This document shows positions 37,722-47,410 of a DNA stretch of 64,000 nucleotides, piece by piece. The translations under genes and the position numbers were made by a program. Under the pieces are notes generated by a model. The model did no database searches. It was given only the letters and a program-made list of their open reading frames with translations, and had not been told where the DNA came from. The stretch comes from an uncultured Pseudohongiella sp. (GTDB lineage Bacteria; Pseudomonadota; Gammaproteobacteria; Pseudomonadales; Pseudohongiellaceae), in NCBI GenBank assembly GCA_965221805.1, contig OZ244913.1, positions 345,724 through 409,723 of the forward strand, in the 5' to 3' direction. Position 1 is the stretch's first letter. Each line of letters opens with the position of its first letter.

Positions 37722-38134
37722 TCCTGCTCGACACGAACCTGGTCTCGGAAACCATGAAACCGGCGCCGAACCCGGGCGTCATGGAATGGCTGAACCGGCA
37801 GGATCTGGAGTCGCTCTGGCTGCCGGTTATCGCGGTCGTGGAGCTCCGTTTCGGCACCGCGCTGCTGGCGCCGGGGCCGCGCCGCCGCGCGCTCGAAAAG
37901 GGCATCGACGAAGCCGTGGAACGGGTGTTCAAGGGGCGGATCAAGCCACTCGACGAACCGGCGGCGCGGATTTTCGCGGTCCGGGCGGCGGCGGCCCGGC
38001 GCAACGGCCACCCGATCGGGTTCGCCGACGCGGCGATCGCCGCGATCGCGATCCATTCCGGCTTCCGCGTCGCCACCCGGGACACGGCCCCGTTCCAAAA
38101 CATGGGCGCCGAGGTGGTCAACCCCTGGCGCTGA
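37718..38134 (+). CDS. vapC: PIN-domain toxin (VapC/FitB-like)
   Basis: ATG overlaps the antitoxin stop (ATGA). MILLDTNLVSE..., GFADAAIAAIAIHSGFRVATRDTAPF. Confidence 0.85.
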   Translation: MILLDTNLVSETMKPAPNPGVMEWLNRQDLESLWLPVIAVVELRFGTALLAPGPRRRALEKGIDEAVERVFKGRIKPLDEPAARIFAVRAAAARRNGHPIGFADAAIAAIAIHSGFRVATRDTAPFQNMGAEVVNPWR

Positions 38135-38227
38135 GCCCGGCGGTCTGAAAGTTGATCCGCGGCCCCGCGGCGTGAAAGCGCCCCGGGTTTTCCCGCGCCG
38201 CATCATGCCGCTTCCCGATCCGGCGGT

Positions 38228-38555
38228 TCACAGCCCCAGCCCGCCCGGAAGCGGATCCGGTGCCGGCAGCAGGCAGTCCGGGCCGTCGTTGCGGACATCG
38301 TTGACCCGGGTGGAAACGGCGAGTGTTTCCAGTTCGCCGTCCCGAGGGGGCTGCGGGGGCCCCGGCTCCGCCGGCCAACCAGGATTCGGAGTGGTCCGGC
38401 CGGACCAGAACCGGCATCCGGTGGTGGATGGCCGCCGCGTCCCCGACTGCCCCGGTGGTGAGGATCGTGAATGTCTCGATGGCGCCGCCGGGGCCGCTTC
38501 CGGCGAACGCCACATTTCCCGCGAACGCTTCCGGGACGCGCCAGCGCTCCCACAA
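38228..38555 (-). pseudogene. SOS-response-associated peptidase (SRAP/YedK) remnant, N-terminally truncated and frameshifted
   Basis: LWERW...IETFTILTTGAVGDAAAIHHRMPVLVRPDHSESWL in one frame and ELETLAVSTRVNDVRNDGPDCLLPA in another. The catalytic MCGR N-terminus is absent. Confidence 0.55.
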
Positions 38556-38799
38556 TCCGGCGAAGAACCGCGGCGCCGCCAGCGAACGGCAACGGCGGCG
38601 AACCGCATGCCGCCGAACCGGCCTCCCGCGCCAGCATCAACGGCGGGCCGCTGGCCGACGACACCGCGGAACCCGCCGAAATCCCGGCGGTCCAGCGAAA
38701 CCTGTCCTAGGCTTTAGCCCTCCATGCGCCCCGGCCGGCAACGGCCGGGGCGTTTCCCCTTCATCCAATCCGCCACCGGAGCAACAAAGGAGCGAGACC

Positions 38800-40602
38800 A
38801 TGGCCGACACCCCAACCATCCGCGCCCGCATCGACGGCTCGGCGCTCAAGCGCGTCACCCGCAGCTATTCCGCCGCCCTGGCGGACATCTTCAACGAAAC
38901 CCTCCAGAACGCCCGCCGCGCCGGGGCCACCAGGGTCCGCGCAACCCTGGAGGGCGCCGGATGCTTCGACCGTTACGGCATCTCCATCGCCGACGACGGG
39001 GAGGGCGTGTCCGACCCATCCGTGCTGCTGTCCTTTGGCGAAAACGGCTGGGACCAAGCCCTGGTCGAGCGCGAGGACGCCGCCGGCATGGGCATGCTCA
39101 GCCTGGCCCGCCGGGGCTGCGCGGTGCTGTCGCGGCCCCGGGCCCCCGGCGGCGATTCCGCCGGCACCAAAACCAGCGCCGGTTTCCGGGTCGAACTCGA
39201 ACCCGCGCACTTCCTGGGGGAGGCGGAGGCCGAAGTCCATCCCGCCGGAGACGCGCCGCTGCCACACGGCACGGTCGTTTCGTTTTTGGCCGAGCAGCAC
39301 GAGAACGCCCACCGCATCCGCGAGGCGCTGGAGGCCGCCGCCCGGCATTTCCCGCTGCCGGTGTGCTTCGAGCACCGGCCCCACACCCCGGCCGGGGGCG
39401 AGGCGCTGCGCCGCCGCGGCTTCCTCGACGGCGCCATCCACACCGAACGCTGGCGCGGCGTGGCGCTCGGGGTTTTCAAGAACAGCCGCCGGGCCGGTTT
39501 CAACGACCCCGACCTCAATTTCCACGGCCTGACCCTCAACATCCGCCTGCCCGGCGCGGACACCGCGCGCGGGGCGAATTGGAGCGTGGCCGCCGATGTC
39601 GAAAACTGCCCGGACCTCGAACTCGTGCTGCCGGCCCGCAAGGAGGCGGTGGAGACGCCCTTTCTGGCCCAACTGCGGGAGGCGGCGCGGCTGGCCGCGT
39701 TCCGCGCCATGGCCGCCGACCCGGACCCCCGGCCCTCGTTCGAAACCTGGAACAAGGCGAAGGAGGCGGGAATCGACATCGCGCCGCCGCCCGCCGAGCT
39801 CGTCCCCTGGCTGCCGGGCATCGCCAACATGGACGACTGGCGGGAAGCGGCCAAGCCCGAGGCGCTGGAGGCGGCGGACGCGCTGGTCATCGCCCACGAC
39901 CCCGATCCGCCCGAAGCCCAGGCGTTCTGGCGCGCGGCGCGGCGCGGCGGCATCCACGGGCGGCTGTTCGAGATGGACCGCCGGCTCGAAGGCTTCGGCT
40001 GGTACGACGCGCTGCCCCGGGTGACCGGCATCGCCACCGAGATCACGGTGGATGGCCGGACCGAGACCCTCGAGGCGTTCAACAAGCGCCACCGCGGCGG
40101 CAAACCAATGCCGCAACGGCCCGAATCGATCCGCTTCCTGATGGCGGTCGAAACGCCCGGGGGCGCGGAAAGCGAAACCGCCCTCCCGGCCGACCTCGCC
40201 TTCGCCGGGGAGGACTGGTGCTGGATCGAGGATGCCCGCCCGCTGGTGACCCCGGACAGCGGCATCGACCCGCAAACGCTGGCGGACCTGCTGCGCAACG
40301 CCTACTTCTCGCCCTCGGACGACTGCGAGGCCGATTCCTGGGAGACCCAGCAGCGGGACTTCGAGCGCGACGCCCTGCACCTGGCCACCCGGCTGCTGGT
40401 TTCCGACGACGAGGCCCGGAAGCGCACCATCGCCGACACCGTGGCCCGGGAGCTGTTCTGGCTGATCCCCGCCAACCGCGGCGCCGACATCGCCGTGCGC
40501 GGGCGCGATGTCGCCGTGAAGCTGCTGGACCCCGAAGCCGACACCGAAGCCGAATCCGGTCCCGGCCCGGAAACCGGCCCCGGGGAGGGACCGCAACCCT
40601 GA
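38800..40602 (+). CDS. orphan GHKL (Bergerat-fold) ATPase-like protein with large uncharacterised C-terminal region
   Basis: ATG at 38800 after AAGGAG. N-box FNETLQNARRAGAT, G1 IADDGEGV, G2-like AAGMGMLS. 600 aa. G+C looks above the backbone. All other frames are also open, so the frame was chosen by motifs. Confidence 0.6.
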   Translation: MADTPTIRARIDGSALKRVTRSYSAALADIFNETLQNARRAGATRVRATLEGAGCFDRYGISIADDGEGVSDPSVLLSFGENGWDQALVEREDAAGMGMLSLARRGCAVLSRPRAPGGDSAGTKTSAGFRVELEPAHFLGEAEAEVHPAGDAPLPHGTVVSFLAEQHENAHRIREALEAAARHFPLPVCFEHRPHTPAGGEALRRRGFLDGAIHTERWRGVALGVFKNSRRAGFNDPDLNFHGLTLNIRLPGADTARGANWSVAADVENCPDLELVLPARKEAVETPFLAQLREAARLAAFRAMAADPDPRPSFETWNKAKEAGIDIAPPPAELVPWLPGIANMDDWREAAKPEALEAADALVIAHDPDPPEAQAFWRAARRGGIHGRLFEMDRRLEGFGWYDALPRVTGIATEITVDGRTETLEAFNKRHRGGKPMPQRPESIRFLMAVETPGGAESETALPADLAFAGEDWCWIEDARPLVTPDSGIDPQTLADLLRNAYFSPSDDCEADSWETQQRDFERDALHLATRLLVSDDEARKRTIADTVARELFWLIPANRGADIAVRGRDVAVKLLDPEADTEAESGPGPETGPGEGPQP

Positions 40603-41121
40603 CACGGAACCCGCAAGCGATTCCCGCGCCGGAAAGACCGTCCACCCGCGCCTCGGCGAACGGGGTTCCGGGATATTCCGCCGGTCCGTACCGCATGATC
40701 GGGGCGGCCCGTCCACAACCCAAGTGAAAAAGAGGAGAAATCTCCGATGAAACTGCTTACCAACGAGAACGAGATCCGCCGGAAACTCCGCGAGAACGCG
40801 GAACAGGAGTAAAGCCAGACCTCGGACGAGGCCGCCGATGAGGCCATCTCGGTCAACGAATGGACCTTCACCAAAAGCGGCGGGCGGTTCGGTTGAGGCG
40901 CCAATCCGCTATGCAGGTTGACCAAAAGATCTATCCAACAACCGTGAGGATTACGCTATGTCCAAGTTCAGATACATGTGAGACTCAATCGACGATCCGA
41001 TGACGGTTGATTCAGTCCACGGATCAAGGTTTGGCGCGCGGTTGGCGGCTGGGCCGGGGCGCGGTTCCGTTATGGCTGGTCGCTGGTATGATGCGCGTTT
41101 TGCCGGAGACCTACTCGACCG

Positions 41122-42486
41122 ATGGATTCCCCGCTAGTGTCGCATGACACGAAACCAGGTCCTGCCCCCAGTTTGCGATCGGTGCTCAGGTTTGCGGTTC
41201 CCTCGCTGTTGAGCCTGCTGCTGTTCCTGGCGCCTTTTCCAGTCGATGGCGGCAGCACGATTCTGGTGAGTGTGCTGGCTGGGTTCCTGAACGATCTGCT
41301 GGGTCCTGTTCTTCCTTTGCTGATTCTGGCGATTTCCACAAGTTCCGCGCTGCTGGCGGTTTACTGCCACTGGCGCGGCATCGGCCATGGACTGCTGGGC
41401 AAGCTGTTCGGTGTCAACCGCCATTGGCTGCTGTTGCGGCTGCTCGGCGCCGCGTTCGCCGCGATGGTGTTGTTCGAATTCGGGCCCGAGGCGGTTTGGG
41501 GGGCGGGCACGGGCCAGACCATGGTGGGGCAACTGGTGCCCACGGTGATGACTTTCTTCCTCGCCGTGATCTTTCTGCTGCCGCTGATGACCGAATATGG
41601 CATCATGGAGTTTGTCGGCGTGCTGGTGTCCCGCTTTTTCCGCTTGCTGTTCCGCCTGCCCGGGCGGGGCGCGATCGATGCCGTCGCCTCTTGGCTGGGC
41701 GCCGCCCCGCTGGGCGTGCTGGTCACCACCCAGCAATATGAGCGCGGGCACTACAACCGCAGGGAGGCGTTGAGCATCATCTCTTCCTTCTCCCTGGCTT
41801 CGGTCGCGTTCTGCATTCTCATCGCCAGCATTCTCGAGGTGACGCACATCTTTCCGCAGTTTTACGGGTCGGTCGCCATTGTGTCGATCATCCTGGCCGC
41901 GGCGCTGTGCCGGCTGCCTCCGCTCAGTTGGGTGCCGGCCACCTACCACATCGAGGCGCAAAAGACCGAACTGGTTCCGCCGGGCGCCTCGGTCTGGCGC
42001 TGGGCGCTGCAACAGGCGGTGGCCAAGGCCGGGGATGCGGCGCCATGGCCGCAACAGCTCCGGGGCAGCGCCATCAAGCTGCTGGACCTGTGGTTTGGCC
42101 TGATTCCCTCGGTTATCGCCATCGGCACGGTGGCATTGATGGTGGCGGAATACACCCCGCTGTTCAACTGGATCGCCTTTCCGTTCCGGCTCTACCTCGA
42201 ACTGCTCGCGGTGCCCGAGGCGGCGGCGGCGGCGCCGTCGATGGTGGTGGGCTTTGCCGACATGATCCTGCCCGCGGTGCTCGGCGCGGACATCGAGTCC
42301 GAGTTCACCCGGTTCATCATCGCCGGCATTTCAGTCACCCAGGTGATTTACATGTCTGAAATCGGGGCGCTGATCCTGCGCTCGCAGATCAACATCGGCA
42401 TTTGGCAACTCGCGGGCATCTTCCTGCTGCGCACCGTGGCCGCCATTCCCCTTTTTGTCCTGCTGGGGCATCTTCTACTGGATTGA
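41122..42486 (+). CDS. YjiH-like nucleoside-recognition (Gate) domain membrane protein
   Basis: 454-aa polytopic ORF with GRGAIDAVASWLGAAPLGVLVTTQQYERGHYNRREALSIISSFS, as in YjiH/YjiG-type proteins. Confidence 0.6.
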   Translation: MDSPLVSHDTKPGPAPSLRSVLRFAVPSLLSLLLFLAPFPVDGGSTILVSVLAGFLNDLLGPVLPLLILAISTSSALLAVYCHWRGIGHGLLGKLFGVNRHWLLLRLLGAAFAAMVLFEFGPEAVWGAGTGQTMVGQLVPTVMTFFLAVIFLLPLMTEYGIMEFVGVLVSRFFRLLFRLPGRGAIDAVASWLGAAPLGVLVTTQQYERGHYNRREALSIISSFSLASVAFCILIASILEVTHIFPQFYGSVAIVSIILAAALCRLPPLSWVPATYHIEAQKTELVPPGASVWRWALQQAVAKAGDAAPWPQQLRGSAIKLLDLWFGLIPSVIAIGTVALMVAEYTPLFNWIAFPFRLYLELLAVPEAAAAAPSMVVGFADMILPAVLGADIESEFTRFIIAGISVTQVIYMSEIGALILRSQINIGIWQLAGIFLLRTVAAIPLFVLLGHLLLD

Positions 42487-42502
42487 GTCGCTGGATTGAG
42501 CC

Positions 42503-43555
42503 ATGAAAAAAATCGCCACTTCGAGCCCGCATATCGAGACGCTGGAACCCTACCTGTCGGCGCGCCGCACCGGCGGCCGCGGCGCGGTGTGGATCAACGC
42601 CAACGAGCTGCCCTTCCCCCGCGGCCCCATGCGGCTCGATGCCTCGCGCTACCACCGCTATCCCGACGAGGGGCCGGACCAGGTCGAGTCGGCTTATGCC
42701 GCCTATGCCGGCCTGCCCCCGGAGATGGTGCTGGCGCTGCGGGGCGCGGACGAAGCCATCGATCTGGCGACGCGGGCCTATTGCCGCGCTGGCCGCGACA
42801 AGGTGCTGGTCAGCAGCCCCACCTACGGCATGTACCGGGTCAGCGCCGACATCCAGAACGCCGAGGTGGTGGATGTGCCGCTGACCGCGGACTTTGAACT
42901 CGATGTGGAGGCGATCTGCGCGCGCGGCGATGTCAAGCTCGTCTTTATCTGCAACCCCAACAACCCCACCGGCAACGCCTTCCGCCGGGAAGACATCATC
43001 GCCGTTTTGCGCCACTTCGAGGGCCGGGCCCTGGTGCTGGTCGATGAGGCCTACATCGAGTTTTGTCCGCGTCACAGCCTCGTGGGGGAGCTGCCGGGAT
43101 TTGAGCATCTCGTTGTGGTTCGCACCCTGTCGAAAGCCTTTGGGCTGGCCGGTGTGCATGTCGGCTTCCTGCTGGCGAACGAGGCGGTGATGGCCATCAT
43201 GCGCAAGGTTGTGGCGCCCTACCCACTGGCCGACCCCTGCGCCCAGATTGCGTTGATGGCGCTCGGCGGGGCGGGGATCGAAACGATGCGCGGCCAGATT
43301 CAAGAGATTGCCCGGATTCGGGAGGCGTTTTGCCGGACGCTCGATGCGCTCCCCGCGGTGCGTGGCTATCGTCCGAGCGAGGTGAATTTCGTGCTGGCGA
43401 CTTTCGCGCAACCGGACCATGCCTGGCGGGCCCTGACCAGTGCCGGCATCGTGGCGCGCAGGCTGCCCGGCCGGCGGCTCGCCGATGCCATCCGCTTCAC
43501 CATCGGCGGCGAAGAGGAAATGGCCCAGGTGGCGGCGGTGCTGCGGCAACTGTGA
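42503..43555 (+). CDS. hisC: histidinol-phosphate aminotransferase
   Basis: 350-aa ORF with NANELPFP, ICNPNNPTGN, VLVDEAYIEF, RTLSKAFGLAG. Confidence 0.9.
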   Translation: MKKIATSSPHIETLEPYLSARRTGGRGAVWINANELPFPRGPMRLDASRYHRYPDEGPDQVESAYAAYAGLPPEMVLALRGADEAIDLATRAYCRAGRDKVLVSSPTYGMYRVSADIQNAEVVDVPLTADFELDVEAICARGDVKLVFICNPNNPTGNAFRREDIIAVLRHFEGRALVLVDEAYIEFCPRHSLVGELPGFEHLVVVRTLSKAFGLAGVHVGFLLANEAVMAIMRKVVAPYPLADPCAQIALMALGGAGIETMRGQIQEIARIREAFCRTLDALPAVRGYRPSEVNFVLATFAQPDHAWRALTSAGIVARRLPGRRLADAIRFTIGGEEEMAQVAAVLRQL

Positions 43556-43567
43556 CCGGGGCGGGGC

Positions 43568-44674
43568 TTACCCGCTCCCGCTTTCGCCTTGGCTCCCGCC
43601 CTCATCTGGCGCCGGATGCGCGATGTGGACCTGGGTCATTTCCACATCGAGCGCGGTTGAGATCGCCGTGTTTTCGCCGGTGGCGGCATCGGGATGGGCG
43701 TCCGCGAGTCGCCGCAAGGCCTTGTAGAGGGAAATCCCCGAAATCTGCCCATTGCTGAGGTGGTGGGTGGAGTCGTTGCGGATGAGCTGGAAGTACCAGG
43801 TATCCACATCGGCGTAGCCCGCGAGCAGGCCAGTGGCGCCGTCCGCGCTGAGGGCAAGTTGCAGGCGGGCGTCGCGGAAAATGTGAATCGAGGGCACGCG
43901 CAGGTTTTGCCAGGGAATCACCAACTCGTCAATCGGCTCGGTGGTGAGCACCGAATCGACGATCTTGCCGCTGGTGCGCCGGATCAGGCTTCCACCCCAG
44001 CGGTGGTCCACGCGCTGGGTGCCGCCGGGCATGACTTTCGTCCCGGAGGCGTCGGTCAGCAGCTGGTCCATGCCGCGGTAAACCGAGACCGTCACTTCCC
44101 CATCGTTGACCAGGTCATCAACGCCGGTGAGTTCGATCATCATGCGGTTGTAGCGCTCGTCGATGATGGCCTTGTTCTGGAAGATATGCTCGACGCCATC
44201 GGGGCCCCGGAAGCCGATGATGCAGCCAACAGCGCGATACAGTTCGTTGTCGATGCCGGGTGTGCCGTCGGGATGGGTGAAATCATTCGGCCCCACCTCG
44301 CCATCGAGATCGAGGCCCCAGGAGAGCGCGCCCTCGACTTCGCGGAATTCAAAGCCGTCGGGTTCCGTCGTCGGGTGCCAGGTTTCGATTTCCTGGCGCA
44401 ACTGCGTTTCCTCCACGGTGAGCGCCTCATGGAAGGGGAACAATTGCCCGAATTGTTCGCGGGGCCCAGCGTTGAAACCGCGCGGGCATTCTTCCGCGGC
44501 ATCGGCGCTCTGGTACACCGACCAGAACAGGCTCGTCATCACATAGCCGATGCGGCCGTCCCGGGGCGGGCTTTCCGCCGCCAGGACGCCACCGCCGAAC
44601 GCTGCCAGCAGCGCGAGCAACCCGGGTATCAAACATCCAGGTTTCAAATATTCAGCTTTGAAAAGCCCGGCCAT
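43568..44674 (-). CDS. hypothetical secreted protein
   Basis: Start ATG at 44674 overlaps the upstream stop by 1 nt. Signal peptide LIPGLLALLAAFGGGVLAAE. No family recognised. Confidence 0.6.
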   Translation of the reverse strand: MAGLFKAEYLKPGCLIPGLLALLAAFGGGVLAAESPPRDGRIGYVMTSLFWSVYQSADAAEECPRGFNAGPREQFGQLFPFHEALTVEETQLRQEIETWHPTTEPDGFEFREVEGALSWGLDLDGEVGPNDFTHPDGTPGIDNELYRAVGCIIGFRGPDGVEHIFQNKAIIDERYNRMMIELTGVDDLVNDGEVTVSVYRGMDQLLTDASGTKVMPGGTQRVDHRWGGSLIRRTSGKIVDSVLTTEPIDELVIPWQNLRVPSIHIFRDARLQLALSADGATGLLAGYADVDTWYFQLIRNDSTHHLSNGQISGISLYKALRRLADAHPDAATGENTAISTALDVEMTQVHIAHPAPDEGGSQGESGSG

Positions 44675-46026
44675 CACAGAATGCCCTGCATGAAATCGTC
44701 CCGCAGCCAGAACGCCCGCAGGCCATTGCGCAGCCCGCGCCACTCGCCGGTTCCGCCGCCATTCACATCGCCGGGCCGGGTGTCGCCGCCGAAGGTGTAG
44801 ACCGGCCGGTCGCGGTAGGACCACACCCGCAGGGCGCCTTCGCTGCCCGGTTCCGCGAAACGGCCGGTTGCCGGATCGATGCTGATGATGCGCCAGGCGC
44901 GCCAGACTTGATCCGGGTCGCGCTCATCCTCCGCGGCGGGCACATAGGGCCAATGTTCCCGGCAGCGTTGCGGGTCGCCGCCGCCGCACATGGCCAGCCG
45001 GTAGACCTGGGTCGTTTCCGGGTGGTCGCAGGCGAGCTGGTCGGCGGAGTCCTCCCCGCAATAGTAGAGATAAATCGTCCTGCCATCGCGGTCCGCCAGC
45101 ACGTTGCCGGCGATGCTCGCCCGCACGGTGAAACTGTCCGGGAAGGCCGGCGCCCGCTGGGTGAACACATTGCGCCAGCCTGGCGCATCGCTGCCCTGCT
45201 GCGACCAGGAATGCTGATCGAGGGCATGGGTGTACAGCGGCTTGCCGCGGAAAACCCACTGCCTGACACCGGGTGAACGCGCGAACAGGCTCCACTCGCC
45301 CAGGGGCCGGGCCAGCATCGGCGCGGTGACTGGTTGCCACCTGGCCAGGCATTGGCCGTTGCAGGCGGTGGCTGTGGCGGTATCGCCATCGAACTGGTAC
45401 ACCGATTCATTGGCCGCGGTGGTCAGCATCCTGCCGATGGCGGTCGTCCGCACCGAAAACCCCGGTGGCAGCAGGGGCGGCGGACCCACTGGCACCCGAA
45501 TCGCCGGCGAGTCGCCGCCATAGCGCCGCCGCGTGCCGCCGAGCACATCGCCCGGCCGCCGGTCGCGCACCGAGAGATACAGGGGCTGTTCATCGAAGGC
45601 CCACTGCCTGGCGCCATCGCGACGCTCGATGATCGTCCATTTGCCGGTTTCCGCGGCGCCTTCGCGCGCGGGGACCGGATGCCAGAGATCGGTGCAGCTT
45701 GGCCGCTGGTCGAGCTCGGGCAGTTTGATGCCAGCCGGATAGGGGCTCATCAGCCCGGCGGTGACTTCGAGCACTTCGCCGTAACACGCGGGTGTGCCGG
45801 GGGCCTCGCCGCTGTAACCGTTGCGCAGTTTGTGCTGGGGCCAGGCATAGAGCGTCATGCCTTCGGCATTGGCGAACACTGGCCCTTCCATGGTCGATTC
45901 CACCCGGAATCCCGCCGGCATGGGAACTTCGCGGAAGGCTTCGGTGACCGGCTCCCCGGCGAGGCCCGCGCCGCTCCAGCAGCAAAAGCCAAGCAGCACA
46001 CTAGGCCAGAATCTCACTGATCGCAC
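44674..46026 (-). CDS. secreted COG4315-type repeat protein (Yx(FWY)xxD lipoprotein repeats)
   Basis: 450-aa ORF with a signal peptide. About six repeats, e.g. GMTLYAWPQH, PLYLSVRDRRPGD, VYQFDGDT, PLYTHALDQ, PVYTFGGDTRPGD. Confidence 0.7.
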   Translation of the reverse strand: MRSVRFWPSVLLGFCCWSGAGLAGEPVTEAFREVPMPAGFRVESTMEGPVFANAEGMTLYAWPQHKLRNGYSGEAPGTPACYGEVLEVTAGLMSPYPAGIKLPELDQRPSCTDLWHPVPAREGAAETGKWTIIERRDGARQWAFDEQPLYLSVRDRRPGDVLGGTRRRYGGDSPAIRVPVGPPPLLPPGFSVRTTAIGRMLTTAANESVYQFDGDTATATACNGQCLARWQPVTAPMLARPLGEWSLFARSPGVRQWVFRGKPLYTHALDQHSWSQQGSDAPGWRNVFTQRAPAFPDSFTVRASIAGNVLADRDGRTIYLYYCGEDSADQLACDHPETTQVYRLAMCGGGDPQRCREHWPYVPAAEDERDPDQVWRAWRIISIDPATGRFAEPGSEGALRVWSYRDRPVYTFGGDTRPGDVNGGGTGEWRGLRNGLRAFWLRDDFMQGIL

Positions 46027-47365
46027 TCGATGTCGTGTTGCTCTTGCCGCCCCAGGATTCGATATCGAGGCCCATGAGCTTCTGGGCGGTGTAGCCCAGG
46101 CGGCAACCCGGCGTGCCCGCCCCGTCGATGTGCAGCCCGGTCTTCACGCGGCCGCCCGCGGTGCCGGCGCTGAACATCGGTATGCCTTCGATCGAATGGG
46201 TTTTGGCGAAGGACTGGTCGGTGGTGGCGTAGATGAAGGCGTTGTCGAGCAGGCTGCCATCGCCCTCCCTGAAGTTCGCCAGCGCCCCCACGTAGTAGGC
46301 CCATTCCTCCATGGCCCGGCGCGTGTACCAGGAGGTGTTGGGCTGGTAGCCGAGCTCGGGGTCCACGGCTTCCTCGTGGGTGGCGGTGTGGTGGGGTTTG
46401 TCGTAGCCGGGCCGGGTGGTGGCGGAAAAGGCCGAGGCGTAGAACAGGTTGAACACCCGGGTCTGATCGCAGGCCACAGCCATCAGCAGCAGGTCGGTCA
46501 TCATCCGGTGGCGCCTGGAAACGAGGTCGGCGTCGAGCCCGGTGGGCAAATCTTCCGGCGCGATTGGCGCGGCGCAGGCCTGCCTCGGTTCGGGCCGGGT
46601 CATTTGCAGCTCGAAACGCCGCTCGAGATCCCGCAGGCCGGTGAAGTACTGGTCGAGGCGTTGCCGGTCCGCGGCGCCGAGCACTTTTTCGAGTTTGCGG
46701 GATTCTTCCATCACCGCGGACAGCGCGCTCTTGCGCACCATCACTTTTGGGTCGGGGGTGAAGGTGCCGGCATTCGGATTCTGGAAGCCTTCGCCGAACA
46801 GGCGCTGATAAAGGCGCAGCGGCGACCACTCGGGGGTGTTCACCGAACTGCCGCCCTCATAGCTGAAACTGTCCCGCGCGTCGCCGGTGGCCGTGGCGCT
46901 GAGGCTGCGGAAGCGGGTGGCGTTGCCCAACCGCCGCGCCACCGAGACATCGATGGTCTCGCCGGGGCGGTTCTCCCGGGTCATCGGCGCGATGCCGGAA
47001 CGCAGCACGACCCATCCCGAGTGGTGGCACAGATTGGGGGCGTCATCCTTGAACACATGGAAGTTGGTGTAGAGGTTGATGTGCTGGCGCACCGGGGCCA
47101 GCGCGGCGATCTCCTCGGGCAGGTCGAAATCGGCGCCGGTTGCGCGGGGGACGAACACCGCCTCGCTCATGCCCAGCCCCCAGGACCAGGTGCCGAAGCG
47201 CAGGGGGATGGGGGTGCCATCGGCGAAGGCTGTGCCATTGTCGCCGAGGAAGACATCGAGCAAGGGCAGCGCCACGGTCACGGCGCCCCCGTTGAGGGCG
47301 CCCTTGAGAAAGCGGCGGCGGCTGAGCGGTTTCATTTGCTGGGCTTCTCCGGCTATCTGTGCCAT
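46001..47365 (-). CDS. DUF1552 domain protein (Tat-signal)
   Basis: 454-aa ORF. GGGAGG SD before the ATG at 47365. Twin-arginine LSRRRFLKG. Family as recalled from planctomycete-type DUF1552. Confidence 0.8.
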   Translation of the reverse strand: MAQIAGEAQQMKPLSRRRFLKGALNGGAVTVALPLLDVFLGDNGTAFADGTPIPLRFGTWSWGLGMSEAVFVPRATGADFDLPEEIAALAPVRQHINLYTNFHVFKDDAPNLCHHSGWVVLRSGIAPMTRENRPGETIDVSVARRLGNATRFRSLSATATGDARDSFSYEGGSSVNTPEWSPLRLYQRLFGEGFQNPNAGTFTPDPKVMVRKSALSAVMEESRKLEKVLGAADRQRLDQYFTGLRDLERRFELQMTRPEPRQACAAPIAPEDLPTGLDADLVSRRHRMMTDLLLMAVACDQTRVFNLFYASAFSATTRPGYDKPHHTATHEEAVDPELGYQPNTSWYTRRAMEEWAYYVGALANFREGDGSLLDNAFIYATTDQSFAKTHSIEGIPMFSAGTAGGRVKTGLHIDGAGTPGCRLGYTAQKLMGLDIESWGGKSNTTSSAISEILA

Positions 47366-47410
47366 GCAGCCTCCCTGCGGTGCGATGGCAACGCACTAGT
47401 CTAGCATGGC

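Noticed and set aside
38724-40727. 667-aa (plus) and 651-aa (minus, 38761..40716) ORFs overlapping the GHKL gene
   Set aside because: Alternative frames of an extremely GC-rich segment. Their products are Arg/Pro/Gly-rich and low-complexity, whereas the 38800 frame carries ordered GHKL boxes and an SD. The frame choice still deserves computational confirmation.
40600-41121. attR (second copy of the tRNA-Phe 3' end) marking the island boundary
   Set aside because: I scanned this AT-rich spacer and 38135-38800 by eye for TTCGATTCCGCCCCTGGGCACCA-like sequence and found none. The boundary is therefore not asserted and needs a computational search.
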